Assembly (NCBI RefSeq): GCF_009914755.1
Contig: NC_060925.1
Origin: the human T2T-CHM13v2.0 reference genome, Homo sapiens
DNA: 64,000 nt
Direction: 5' to 3' (one strand)
Numbering within the stretch: the first letter of the stretch is position 1; every line of letters begins with the position of its first letter. Shown here one piece after another: positions 12,919 through 29,546 of the stretch. The translations under genes were made by a program, and so were the position numbers. Under the pieces are notes generated by a model that worked only from the letters and a program-made list of their open reading frames with translations, had not been told where the DNA came from and ran no database searches.

Positions 12919-13779
12919 TTCTAATTCTTATTGTACAGATCTTTCACCTCCCTGGTTAGCTGTATTTCTAGGTGATTTATTCATATTGTGGCAATCGTGA
13001 ATGAGATTGCATTTTTGATTTGGATCTTGGCTTGGCTGTTGTCAGTGTATAGGAATGCTAGTGATTTTTGTATATTGATTTTCGTATCCTGAGAGTTGGC
13101 TGAAGTTGTTTATCAACTGAAGGAGCTTTTGGGCCAAGACTATGGGGTTTTCTAGATGTAGGATCATGTTGTCTGCAAACAGGGGTAGTTTGACTTCCTC
13201 TCTTCCTATTTGGATGCCTTTTATTTCTTCCTCTTGCCTGGTTGCTCTGGCCAGGACTTCCAATAGTATGTTGAATAGGAGTAGTGGAAGAGGGCCTCCT
13301 TGCCAGTTTTCAAGGGGGGAATGCTTTCAGCTTTTGCCCATTCAGTATGATGTTGGCTGTGGGTTTGTCATAGATGGCTCTTATTATTTTGAGGTATGTT
13401 CCTTCAATACCTAATTTATTGAGAGTTTTTAACGTGAAGGGATGTTGAATTTTTAATGAAAGCTTTTCTGCATGAGATAATCATGTCATTTTTGTCTTTA
13501 GTTATGCTTATGTGATGAATCATATTTATTGATTTGCGTATGTTGAACCAACCGTAAATCCTGGCGATGAAGCCTACTTGATTATGGTGGATTAGCTTTT
13601 TGATGTGTTGCTGGACTTGGTTTGCAAGTATATTTTTGAGGAATTTTGCATCGTTGATCAAGGATATTGGCTTGAAGTTTTCTTTTTTTGTTGGGTCTCT
13701 GCCAGGTTTTGGTATCAGGATGATGCTGGCCTCATAGAATGAGTTGAGGAGGCGTCCCTCCTCCTTAATTTTTTTGGAA

Positions 13780-14666
13780 ACCAGGGGTACAGACAAAGTA
13801 CCCTGTACACCCAACAGTAATCCCACAGGAGAAGGCAGAGGCCCCAGGCCATTTAATCAGCAGCAAGGTGATTATGTGATATGTCTTTTCACAGTTGAGT
13901 TAGATGTACTCCACCAGTTATGATGGGAATCAATTTAAATATACTTTCTTGATCCCAGAAATTCAAGTATGTGGACAGGATGTTACACATGGCAGGATGA
14001 TTGTTACAGCGCAACTAACATATTTCAAATGGACAAAAAATTAGTATAATTTACAGTATCTTAAGATAAATTTCCTTTGAATGGGAGCTTCCTTTCTAGT
14101 CCTTTGAGGTCTACAAGGCATATCTAGAAAATTTACTACTGTGGAAGATGAAGACTGTTTAAATTGAATGGGGGGCAGGAAGGGGAAGGGCCTATGGTTT
14201 TTCTTTTTGATTAACTGCTGTAACCCTGTCCTTCAGGCAGCTGAAGGAGTGTCACATTTTCTTTAGACATCATTAGGCACCAAAGCTCTTGTAGGACAAC
14301 TTTGATGCTACATGAATTCTGCCATTTTGCTAGCACTGATATGGCTTTTTGGTCCACCACTCCATTACAACTATTAACCCTATTTATATTAATTTTTGTT
14401 ACAAATCTTACAAAGGCAGGGTGCTTCTGGGCATTTAGGATACATTCTATTTTAAGGCTGTATACTTGATTTTCGTAAATCATTCTTGGAGGCCCAATTA
14501 TCATCCCTGTCCATCTTGTCCCAGGTCTTCATCATCTTCTAAACCCCAGCTAACTATGCCACCTCCTACCTTTTTCTGGCCTTCTTCGAGTTCTTCCATC
14601 AGTTGGAAACTTCGAGAGACTTTTACTCCTGATCCTGTGGTGACTGCCATCTTGCATCACTGTTGC
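13780..14666 (-). pseudogene. UBE2V1P13: Processed UBE2V1 (UEV1) pseudogene
   Basis: ATG at 14650: [42 protein letters not shown]; frameshift near 14520; then MIIGPPR...LAKWQNS...PEGQGYSS stop at 14211. Intronless, followed by about 430 nt of 3'UTR. The P13 number is from recall. Confidence 0.85.
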
Positions 14667-15007
14667 CCCATGTTTTGTATAATGAAAAAACTGAGCAATA
14701 GAAAGCAGGTAGTGATATAAGAAGTCAACACCGAGAAATAAGAAAAACAGAAAGCAAAGGGAAACTAAGCAGGACAGTATGTACTTCAGAATCAATTATT
14801 GGTTGCCACCTTTCAGAGGATGGAGAAGATAGGTATTATACTTTGTTATCTTTTGAAATGTGGTCTTGAAACTTGATTTTTAGGGGTGGTTAGATAGATT
14901 CATTAATTTCTGAGACTTTGTTTCCTTTTACTGTGGTAAGACCAACAGTCTGGTTATTCTTTTCAGTTTATTTACAAATGTTGGAGTAATAAAGAAGGCA
15001 GAACAAA

Positions 15008-15169
15008 ATGAGCTGGGCTTTGGAAGAATGGAAAGAAGGACTGCCTACAAGAGCTCTTCAGAAAATTCAAGAGCTTGAAGGACAGCTTGACAAACTGAAG
15101 AAGGAAAAGCAGCAAAGGCAGTTTCAGCTTGACAGTCTCGAGGCTGCGCTGCAGAAGCAAAAACAGAAG
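15008..15169 (+). CDS. CENPF: CENPF exon 2 coding part (exon starts 14967)
   Basis: Acceptor ttttcag|14967; ATG at 15008 MSWALEEW...QKQKQK; donor AAG|GTACCC; 162 nt. Confidence 0.97.
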
Positions 15170-16084
15170 GTACCCCTGAAGCTCTGGTATTTGTAGCTGT
15201 TCACTCATTATTGACAGAGAAGTGCTGGTATTTAAAACTGTTCACTCATTTTTGGATTAATTATTTCATCTTCTTTACATTTAGAGAAAAATGATTTTGC
15301 TGTCTTCAGGTGGTAATTCCTCTCCCCTCCCCCACCCCCACCCCAGGCCCCAATCCCCTTCTTTTTTTTTTTTTGAGTCATTTTTATTTTAATTGCTTTT
15401 AATTTTCCCCATTTCTGTCCTCATTTCTGCTTACCTGCTAATATTTAGGGCTATTGAGTTCCATTTCAACTTCCATGTGGGACCATGAATTGGAGATTGC
15501 TTTTGCACTGCATAGCAACAAGGCAAAAGGTGTCTGCTCCTAATCTGGGGACAGTATTAGAGCATTTTGCAGTTAAATGGTTGTGGCTTTCTTAGACTGG
15601 GCTTTTTACCTTGGTATTCCTCAACCTTTTCAGGTCTAGAAAATGAAAACTAAACAGTACTTTTTAAAAATTACCTCTCTATTAGCCAACTAAATAGTGA
15701 TACAGTCATTGCTTCTAAAAGGATTTTGCTTGTGGGAGAATTTTCTGGTTTCTAACAATAACTGGTTTTAGCAGCCAAACTTGAAAATGAATTGTTAAGG
15801 GAGATTTATAGGATTTATTTCCTATTTTTTAATTTTTGAAAGGATAGTAAAGACTCCCTTTCTAGGATGGGTGTGTCTGGCCAAAGATGATATACTACAT
15901 GGCTTCAAAGAAGTTTCCTATCTATTGGCTTCAAAGTGTGATCATCTAAAATTTCTGTGTTCATATGGCTTATTGCAGCTGTATCTCAGGAATTTAGTAG
16001 TCAATGTTAGACTCAGGTTTACCAATAATACTTGGTAAATTCACAAAATAAGGGAGTTATTGTCTTCTGAACAATTCTCATTAG

Positions 16085-16281
16085 GTTGAAAATGAAAAAA
16101 CCGAGGGTACAAACCTGAAAAGGGAGAATCAAAGATTGATGGAAATATGTGAAAGTCTGGAGAAAACTAAGCAGAAGATTTCTCATGAACTTCAAGTCAA
16201 GGAGTCACAAGTGAATTTCCAGGAAGGACAACTGAATTCAGGCAAAAAACAAATAGAAAAACTGGAACAGGAACTTAAAAG
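16085..16281 (+). CDS. CENPF: CENPF exon 3
   Basis: cattag|GTTGAA (VENEKTEG...) to AAAAG|gtaata; 197 nt. Confidence 0.95.
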
Positions 16282-16909
16282 GTAATATTTTGGGATGGTA
16301 TTTATAGGGATGATATTTGTATGTATTAATCAGATGCGTTTGTCTTTTCCTTTAACAATATAATTATTATACTTTGCAATTTTTTTTCCTGGTAGAATAA
16401 GTAATGATTCGGTCTCTGTACCGTAACTTGAAAGAGTGGAAGATTAAAAACAAACAAACAGTGATTTGGTTTTATCATTGCATAGCTCAGTACGATATAA
16501 ATTTATCAAATGTTTGCTGCATTACTCATGTATTCATTCAGTATATGTTTATTAAGCTGTACCATGATTCAGACACTATTGGTCACTGAGTAATACAATA
16601 ATAAATAGTACTATCATACTATCAAATTGATAGTATGATAATACTAGTTACATAGCATTATTTGATAGTATGATAGTACTTGTTAAAATAAAACTATCGA
16701 CAGCTGTTACCGAAAAGATGGAAATTAGTTGAAGCATACTGATGGCTCGTGTTTTCTCTGGGTGGAAAAGCTGCTGTAGAGAATGAGAGGGAGAACTAGG
16801 GAATTATAAAAGGACGGAATAGCATGGAGGGCCCAGTTGAGATTGGAGACAGAATATAAGCAGGCCCAATCTGCAAGGTTGTGTGATAATTTAAAAAATG
16901 TTTCCTTTT

Positions 16910-17152
16910 GGCTGGGCTAGGTGGCTCATGCCTGTAATCCCAGCACTTTAGGAGGCCGAGGCAAGTGGATTACCTGAGGTCAGGAGTTTGAGACCAGCAT
17001 GGCCAACATGGTGAAACCCCCTCTCTACTAAAAATACAAAAATTAGCGAGGTGTAGTGGCGGGCACCTCTAATCTCAGCTACTCAGGAGGCTGAGGCAGG
17101 AGAATCGCTTGAACCTGGGAGGTGGAAGTTGCAGTGAGCCGAGTTCGTGCCA
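16910..17152 (+). mobile_element. Alu (3'-truncated)
   Basis: Alu sequence stops after GTGAGCCGAGTTCGTGCCA. Confidence 0.88.
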
Positions 17153-17647
17153 TATCCTTATAGCACATTTGGTTTTAAAATATTCTTCTTATCTAGTAGA
17201 CTACAAAAACTACTGAATATGGTTTTAAAATTTACACTGCTAACTTCCAAATGCATTGCAGAAACTTATTTTTTCCATCAGTTGTCACTGATTAGGTTTC
17301 TGGAAGGTCTCCAACAAGTGAGGTTGAACCGTTTGGAATGTTTGTTAAAACTGTGGAGATTGGCAATCTCATATAGTTCAACCTAGTAGAAGATGCTTTT
17401 AGCTTTGTAGTGCTTTTTTGATGATGGTGTTTGTGTTTTTCTTCTTAGGGGGAAGAAGAAAAAATGGTTTATGAAAATAATAGCAGGGTATACTTTTGTT
17501 TAAGTAATAAATAACTTTGTTTAAAATGAAAGGATAGGGAAAAGAGAATAAGATACGAATTTAAAGTGGAAAAGAAACACTGGTTTTGCAAGATTCTTCA
17601 AAATTCACCTCGAATCAGCAGATTTGTGACATCTTTGCTAATCTGTA

Positions 17648-17927
17648 GACCTGCAACGTCCAATATGGTAGTCACTGGCTACAAGTGGCAATTATGATGT
17701 ACTTCAAATGTGGCTGGTGCAAATTGAGATGAGCTGTAGTGTATGATGGATGCCAAATTCTGAAAATTTAGTATGAAAAAATGTAAAATATTTTATTAGT
17801 AACTTTCCTATTAATTACAAGTTGAAATGAGAGTATCTTGAAAATAGCAAGTTAAATTAAATATTAATTTTACTTATTTCTCGGTGCTTTTTAAATACTA
17901 GTGGAACATTTCCATTGGACCTTGCTG
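17648..17927. mobile_element. MER33/MER3-like hAT-Charlie DNA transposon
   Basis: Ends resemble the family TIRs (gtccaatatggtagtcactggctac ... ccattggaccttgctg). Confidence 0.6.
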
Positions 17928-18034
17928 TTTCCTACTGTAAGCTCAGATGTGGTGGTTTGATTTGCTGAGAAGTCATTTTTAGCTCATACATTGCCTCTTC
18001 TCAGATTAAATTTGGAGCTAAATGGAGCTAAGGG

Positions 18035-18088
18035 CTTTCTTTCTTTCTTTGTTTCTTTCTTTCCTTCCTTCCTTCTTTCCTTCCTTCC

Positions 18089-18153
<65 letters not shown>

Positions 18154-18295
18154 TTTCTTTCCACCCTCCCTCCCTCCCTTCCTTCCTTCCCTCCTTCCCT
18201 CCCTCCCTCCCTCCCTCTCTCTCTTTCTCTCTTTCTTTCTTTCTTTCTCTTTCTCTTTCTTTCTTTCTTCTTTTTCTTTTTCTTTTTTTCTTTTT
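18035..18295. repeat. (TTTC)n/(TTCC)n/(CCCT)n compound microsatellite (expanded Alu tail)
   Basis: About 260 nt, almost pure pyrimidine on + strand, abutting an antisense Alu. Confidence 0.95.
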
Positions 18296-18575
18296 GACAA
18301 AGTCTTGCTCTGTTGCCCAGGCTGGAGTGCAGTGCTGTGGCACAGTTTCAGCTCACTGCAACCTCCGCCTCCTGGGTTCAAGTGATTCTCCTGCCTTAGC
18401 CTCCCAGCTGGGGCTACAGGTGCACACCACCATGCCTGGCTAATTTTTGTATTTTTAGTAGAGAGAGGTTTTCGCCAAGTTGGCCAGGCTGATCTCGAAC
18501 TCCTGACCTCAGGTTATCTGCCCGCCTTGGTCTCCCAAAGTGCTGGGATTACAGGCATGAGCCACTGGGCCCGGC
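18296..18575 (-). mobile_element. AluS
   Basis: Reverse Alu dimer. Confidence 0.9.
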
Positions 18576-19129
18576 ATTACTTTCTTTACTTCCTGTTTTA
18601 AGTAATATGTCACGGCAAAGAGACTGGTGCACACCATTAGCCATTCTAAAAGAGCTTTCATTTTATTTTTTATGTTAAACTGAAGTCAGAGACATAAGAG
18701 AGTTGGAAGAATTGAGCCCTCTTTTAATGTGGGTTTTTTGGTTTTGAAAGGTGTTCAGAGCTTACTTGCATGATAGTTCTGAATACCTTTATACAGGGTG
18801 TACATATATACAATATGTAACTTATGTTTCCCATTTCTTGTAACTATTTCCAGCCATATCTTTTCTAGATGCATTATATTGATTTAATTTTTATATCTGT
18901 GTTTTAAAAATGTCATATAATATATGATCTGTATATCAAGTCTATGTTTTTGAAATAACTGACTAACCTAAGTAATGTCATCTATTCTCACGATTTGAGC
19001 CCATGCTTCAATGACACCACTTTCTTCCCATGTTTCTGAAGTTCTAGGTTCTTTTATGTCTCTGTCTTTGGCTTAGAATATGAAATTTGCTTGGAATATA
19101 TTCCAATCCTCCAACTCTTCTTTGCTGTC

Positions 19130-19509
19130 TGTATTAGTCTGTTCTCAAACTGCTATAAAGAACTGCCTGAGCCTGGGTAAATTACAAAGGAAAGAGGTTT
19201 AATTGACTCACAGTTCCACAGGGCTTTTCTTTTCCGCTGGGAAACTTACAATCATAGCGGAAGGGGAAGCAAACACACCCTTCTTCGCATGGTGGCAGGA
19301 AGGAGAAGAATGAGAACCAAGCATAGGAGGAAGCCCCTTATAAAACCATCAGATCTTGTGAGAACGCACTATCACGAGAATAGCATGGGAAAACTGCCCC
19401 CATGATTCAATCACCTCTCACCGGGTCCCCACCACCCCACCACACATGGGGATTATGGGAACTACAATTCAAGATGAGATTTGGGTGGGAACACAGCCAA
19501 ACCATATCA
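19130..19509 (-). mobile_element. THE1C/D (MaLR) solo LTR
   Basis: TG...CA ends, 380 bp; minus strand begins TGATATGGTTTGGCTGTG; 5-bp TSD CTGTC at 19125-19129 and 19510-19514. Confidence 0.9.
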
Positions 19510-19801
19510 CTGTCATAGTGGTTATTATAGATCTTCCTTATAGCCTTTATAACATTGTACTTACTGGTTTATGTTTCTGTTTCTTTTACTAGACTGAGTT
19601 CCTTTGAAGACACAGGACTGGGTTTATGTCTGGCACATAAGTTAGACCTTATGAAATGCCTGTTGGATAAATGAAATGGTTAAGAATTCTTAGTGGATGG
19701 GTTTCTTTGTAAGTTTATTACTCTCTGGGAATGTAAGGCATTGATATTCTGTAGCCTTTGCTCTAACTGATTTGTCTGCCTCTTGGGTCCTTTTCTAACA
19801 G

Positions 19802-19923
19802 GTGTAAATCTGAGCTTGAAAGAAGCCAACAAGCTGCGCAGTCTGCAGATGTCTCTCTGAATCCATGCAATACACCACAAAAAATTTTTACAACTCCACT
19901 AACACCAAGTCAATATTATAGTG
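19802..19923 (+). CDS. CENPF: CENPF exon 4
   Basis: taacag|GTGTAAA (CKSELERSQ...) to AGTG|gtaatg; 122 nt. Confidence 0.95.
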
Positions 19924-20357
19924 GTAATGCATTTTCTTCCTTGGTATAGACAGCTTTTTGTTTAGCTTGAGATTTTAATTCTGCAAAATAAATGAATTAA
20001 TTCAACTTTGAATTAAACTTTTAATGTATATGTTTAAAAACTGCAGCCACTTGTTACATATCCATTTGCATATCTGTTGAATTATGTTGAGCTACTGGAT
20101 TGAGCTTTTAAGCTTTTTACTTTATCCTTCTGTGGCATATTTTCAAAGAAATTCAATTTCAGAATATTTAAAACACTTATGTTTTTATGTGTTTTGATAT
20201 TTGAGTAATTTGATCAATAGTTTGATCTATTTCCCTAACCAAAATGTTGTTTCTACTAAGATACTCATTTCTAGACTATCAAAATCGTTGTTGATCTGTG
20301 AATTCCTTCATGGAATCAATGACTGAAAGAAAACTGTATTTGATTGTCTGTTTCTAG

Positions 20358-20449
20358 GTTCCAAGTATGAAGATCTAAAAGAAAAATATAATAAAGAGGT
20401 TGAAGAACGAAAAAGATTAGAGGCAGAGGTTAAAGCCTTGCAGGCTAAA
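20358..20449 (+). CDS. CENPF: CENPF exon 5
   Basis: ttctag|GTTCCAAG (SKYEDLKEKY...) to GCTAAA|gtaagt; 92 nt. Confidence 0.95.
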
Positions 20450-21883
20450 GTAAGTTAATTATGGGCCCTATAATAGAGTATGCAGTTATAGAATACTTTG
20501 ATATAGAATAGAACAAGGTTAGAGAAAAATCTGTTTTACATAGAGCTGGCCTTTTTGTGTGTGTGTGTGCTGAGAAAAGGTTTTGGGCTCAGTGGAGGTG
20601 ATTATTTTTTAGTTTTAAAAATAGGGTGGAATGAATAAAATAGAGTGGGGAGGTTAGTTTATCCCTAAATATTAAATGTTCATATAATGTACACTTAATT
20701 ATTTCCCTATTAAGACCTAGCGATCAGGGCTATTCTTGGAGACAGTGGGGCCAGAGAATTAGTCGTGATGCTCCCTGCCTGGCTTTATCACCTGGAGGCA
20801 GTTGCTTCCTATATAGTCCTTTTGATCTATTGAATTTTACCTCTACCATTTTTGTTCACGTGTTATTTGCTGAAAACAGTTTCCAGTTTGGCACTTACTG
20901 GTGGCTTTCCACTAAACATAAGGACTTGATGAGATGGCACAATTCAGCAAGCCATTTAAGGCTGAATTTATAAGTAGGTACCTTAAATGCTGAGAATGCA
21001 GAAGTACCTCTGGCTTAGAGCTTTAACAATTTTTATTCTTTTCATGACTTTAACCCTCATTTTGATGTCATTAGGATTCTGATATGTAGCAAAGGCATTG
21101 CTTATCAAGATGAATAAAAATTAAGTACTCATTCTCTAGTTTGTCCTAGAAATATCATGTGCTTTGTCATCCAGTTCAGTCATTTGTATCAATTCTTCTC
21201 TTGACATTGATTCCTAGAGATGTTTTATGGAAAATTTGAGTCTCTAGTAAACATTAACCCTCTTCCTATGGCAAAAAAAAGTGCTTGCTGTAAAAATCTA
21301 ATGCTGCATTCACCTCCATGTCTTGATATTTGTCAGAATGGAGGCAGAGAGAAGCATAGAAAGAACAATGCAAAGCGGTAGATCATCCACAAATGTATAT
21401 TATATACTATTAAACACTCGATGTGACTTTTTTTGGGATAGTGATATGGTGGAATGTGAGATTTTTGAAAGAGTTCTTTAGTGTGATGTTTAACTTTGAT
21501 TCTCTTGGGCAAAGCTATAGGGGGAGGTAACCAAGGACAGGCAAAGAAAAGCCAGTTTTGGAATTCAGAATGAAAGTGAATACTCACATATGTTTAATGG
21601 GTTCTAAGAAGGATGCAGAATAAATACTAAGACTTAGCCTATTTTGAATAGATTGGGCATGAGATGGTAGTAGCTTATTCCTTCAATGCTAAGAAGTCGA
21701 GCATTAGAACATTCCATCACTGGGTATTAGACTTATGGTTTACTTGACTTGATGAATGTTCTTTGTTGGTATGCAGTGCAACTGTTAACTTCTTGGGATT
21801 ATGGCTTTATATTCTATCTGAAAATAAATAGCCTTGAGTATATAAGATCTTTAAAGGCCTCTAAAGAGATTCTGTTTCTACAG

Positions 21884-22175
21884 AAAGCAAGCCAGACTCT
21901 TCCACAAGCCACCATGAATCACCGCGACATTGCCCGGCATCAGGCTTCATCATCTGTGTTCTCATGGCAGCAAGAGAAGACCCCAAGTCATCTTTCATCT
22001 AATTCTCAAAGAACTCCAATTAGGAGAGATTTCTCTGCATCTTACTTTTCTGGGGAACAAGAGGTGACTCCAAGTCGATCAACTTTGCAAATAGGGAAAA
22101 GAGATGCTAATAGCAGTTTCTTTGACAATTCTAGCAGTCCTCATCTTTTGGATCAATTAAAAGCGCAGAATCAAG
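21884..22175 (+). CDS. CENPF: CENPF exon 6
   Basis: ctacag|AAAGCA (KASQTLPQ...) to CAAG|gtaaca; 292 nt. Confidence 0.95.
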
Positions 22176-23307
22176 GTAACATTGAGCTAAGTTAAGTTTA
22201 AATTCACTTTGCTTGAGGTAATTTCACAGGTGATTTCAGATATTTTTAATCCCATAAAGTGCTTATGTGTTTTGTTAGGCACATCGGTGTTCAACATCCT
22301 AGACTGGTTATGTGAAATATACTGTCTTTTCAATAATGATAAAAGGCATCATAGTGTTGGAATGTAGTTTTATTTGTATTGAAAAGCTGGTGCCTGGAAG
22401 CCTCTAAAGTACGTTGAGAGGCTTTGATTTATCTTTCCAGATGCAGGGCGAGTGGGTTGGTTACAGTTTACACTCCCCATGCTTCTCATCTGGCTCCTTT
22501 TGTGACCCACAGAACCAGGCTGTGGTCTGACCAGCTTTGGCCAGAGGTTGTGTGTGTGTCTGCAGAACAGCTTTGCTGTGCCCTGCCAGGTTGTCCATAT
22601 GGGAGCAAACCTGTAACCTTGGCTGCTGTGCCACGCTGCAGCTGACAGCCAAGGGTACCAGGTGGTGTTTTGGAATCTACTCTGTAGAAGATGATAATTT
22701 CCAGTGCTGTGATATATTGAAAATCACTGTCAGTGTTCACTGGTGAGAGCTGTCACCTAGCCAATGCCATTGGAACCAATGTTGTGCGTATGTGGGAAAA
22801 AAGTGGAAAAAAAATCATTGTTAATTTTGGCAGTATGGGAGGTTCACACTGTCTTGATGTTTACTGGAGGTAAAACTACCAGAGAATATAGGAGGGTGAA
22901 CTTTTCACTGCTTAGCACTGATTTGCATTGATATGGGCAAAAAACAAATATAGTTTGCTGTTGTGTAAAACTAAATGGTAATTTTAACAAAGGGTGTCAT
23001 ATGTGATGTACTTTTCACAGTCTCAATAAGAAGATAGCGTTCCTGATTTTAGAAAAGCATTCCCCCCACCAAGTTTCTTTGTTAAAATGTAAGAAAATCT
23101 GTTTCTCCTGCTTTCTATAGAGTATTTGAATGCAAATGACAATAGAAACTAACTATTGAAATTAAATCCAATTAAAGTAGCTTCTGTATTTAGTGTAAAT
23201 ATTTGTTTCGTCAAAGATTTCAGAAAAGAATAAAACAAATGATAAGTTATGAACATTTTGGGAAAGATATATATGAATTGGAGTGTGATTTTTGTTTGTG
23301 GTTCAAG

Positions 23308-23510
23308 AGCTAAGAAACAAGATTAATGAGTTGGAACTACGCCTGCAAGGACATGAAAAAGAAATGAAAGGCCAAGTGAATAAGTTTCAAGAACTCCAAC
23401 TCCAACTGGAGAAAGCAAAAGTGGAATTAATTGAAAAAGAGAAAGTTTTGAACAAATGTAGGGATGAACTAGTGAGAACAACAGCACAATACGACCAGGC
23501 GTCAACCAAG
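23308..23510 (+). CDS. CENPF: CENPF exon 7
   Basis: ttcaag|AGCTAAGA (ELRNKINE...) to ACCAAG|gtactt; 203 nt. Confidence 0.93.
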
Positions 23511-23894
23511 GTACTTGACTTTTCGTGAATTACTGGAGAAATCTTCATCTTTTCATACAATTATTTAGAAAGAGTATTTTATACATAAGTTTATGAAATG
23601 TCAGTAATGTTCTTTGTTAATATATATTAGGTACTCTTGATGCAACTGAACTAGAAAGCTGTTTTAAGTTGGGCAGATCCGGGATCAAGCCTGGTGCCGT
23701 ACTTTCCCAGCTGAGTGACGTTGGGCAAGTCACTGATCTCTTTTATGTTGCAGGGGGTAATAGAGAATAAAGAAAATGTATATATAGCATCTAGCATGAT
23801 GTGTGCCACATTAAAATAGGCACTTAATGGCACTTTAAAGGAGTTTTAGGACATTTGATAGGATTTAATTAATCTGCTCTTGGGATCGTATATA

Positions 23895-24712
<818 letters not shown>

Positions 24713-25229
24713 TACACCCACCACTGAATCTTCTTAAGACTCCAACGGAGGCCAAGCTTCTTAGCCTGTTATTTTGTTGTTGTTGTTGTTGTTCTTGTTG
24801 TTGCTTTGGTCCCAGCCTACCTCTCTAGCCAGGCTTTTCTTCTCTTTTTTCTATTACTCATTCATTTACTGACTCATTTCACAAGCATGTATTGATATTT
24901 GTGCCTGCTATATATTAGGCACTGTTCCAGACCTGGGGCTGGAACAGTGATAAATAGACAAAAATCTCCAGACCTGGGGCTGGAACAGTGATAAACCAAC
25001 AAAAATCATTGCTTTGTGGAGCTTCATCTTAATAGAGGGAGGCAGAAAATAACAAAAATAAAGTAACATAGATAGTATGGTATATGGTAATAAGTATTGT
25101 AGAGAAAAATGAATTATTTGACTTTTAATAAACTCTTTAGATATTTCTGAGGCTTTAGGTAAAAACCATTGTAGTAGACATACTTCTATTATTTGCTTTC
25201 TTGGGGCAGGTTCTTTCATTTGTTTACTT

Positions 25230-27640
<2,411 letters not shown>

Positions 27641-27819
27641 AAATCAGGTTCATTTTTATATATTCTCCTAGTGCAGTGCCTTATACAGAGAAATTCTGGA
27701 AAAAGATTGATTAGATATATAAAGGAACAATGGTGCTTCAGTGGAACTATGACCTCCTTTGATCCATGCATTTAATATCCTCATGCAGTCTCACTACGTA
27801 ATAGTAATTTGGTCTTTTA

Positions 27820-28040
27820 AGTTAGAAGGACTTGGATTTGAACCTGGCTCTGCCACATCTCAGTTTTATTGCTTTTTGAGTTATTTAATGAACTTCTGAG
27901 CCCCAGTTGTCTAATCAGTAAAATTGTGTTAATAATGCCTGTGTCATAGGGTTGTTGTAAAGATTGAGATAATTTTTGTAAAGGCTTTAGCATAGTTCCT
28001 GGCACATGGTGAACTTATAATAATATTAGCTGTTATTATC
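27820..28040 (-). mobile_element. MIR
   Basis: ttgaacctggctctgccac...gggttgttgtaaagattgagataat...cctggcacat. Confidence 0.7.
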
Positions 28041-28302
28041 ATGGCTTATTTTCAAGTTCCTAGTTAATTAAGCTAATTTTCAGTTGCATTTCTGCCAAGC
28101 TAGGCCTTCCTGTATGTAAGAATTACATTTCTCCTTTTACACTTTACTTATTTGGTTTTGGAGTGACAAGTTCACCAAATCCTTGTTCTGTCTGACACAT
28201 ATAATGAAGTTTCTTCACATAAAATCGTGAATTAATATTTTTGACTAGGATACTGCTGAGAATACAGCTCTGGTTTTCTATTAGAGTCTTCCCTCCAGGT
28301 TC

Positions 28303-28993
<691 letters not shown>

Positions 28994-29546
28994 CTACTCT
29001 TTTCTGTCTTGTCCCTAAGGATAGTATGTCCTTGTCAAATGTGTAACTGAAATAAAATTATGCTATGTTTATGCTGGTTCCAGATCTAACATTAGACTTA
29101 TCTATTAAATGAAATGGAATTACTGTAACAAAAATCAATACCGTGTTCTTAAGTGAACATATGCTGTTTGTAGAGTGTCTTTTCCAAGTATTTACAAGTT
29201 GTGAGATACAAGGCTTGAATTCATGGAGAAACAGAGTGTTGAGCTGGCAGCAGACCTGGAGTTCAGCACCCACAGTTCACAGATAAAAAGGTCCGGAGTG
29301 AGTGCCCAGGGTCATGTTGTGCTACATATTTTCAAGGACTTGAGCTCTGGGCACTGTTTTAGAGTATTATGGAGCATTCATGACACCTAGTGGTCATATA
29401 CTCTTATATGAATTAGGTATCACTGATAATAGAATGTTGTTTAAAATTTTTTAAATAAAATGTAAGTACCTTCTAAAGACTCTTGTAACCTTCTGTGTTT
29501 AGTAGAAAAGGATTCTTGATTCCAGGACCCTTTTAGTGGACTGTAT

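Noticed and set aside
14211-14504. 97-aa UBE2V1-like ORF as a functional protein
   Set aside because: N-terminal third is out of frame, an internal segment appears locally frameshifted and many residues have decayed.
17984-18443. K/E/R-rich and F/L/S-rich ORFs
   Set aside because: Translations of a microsatellite and Alu.
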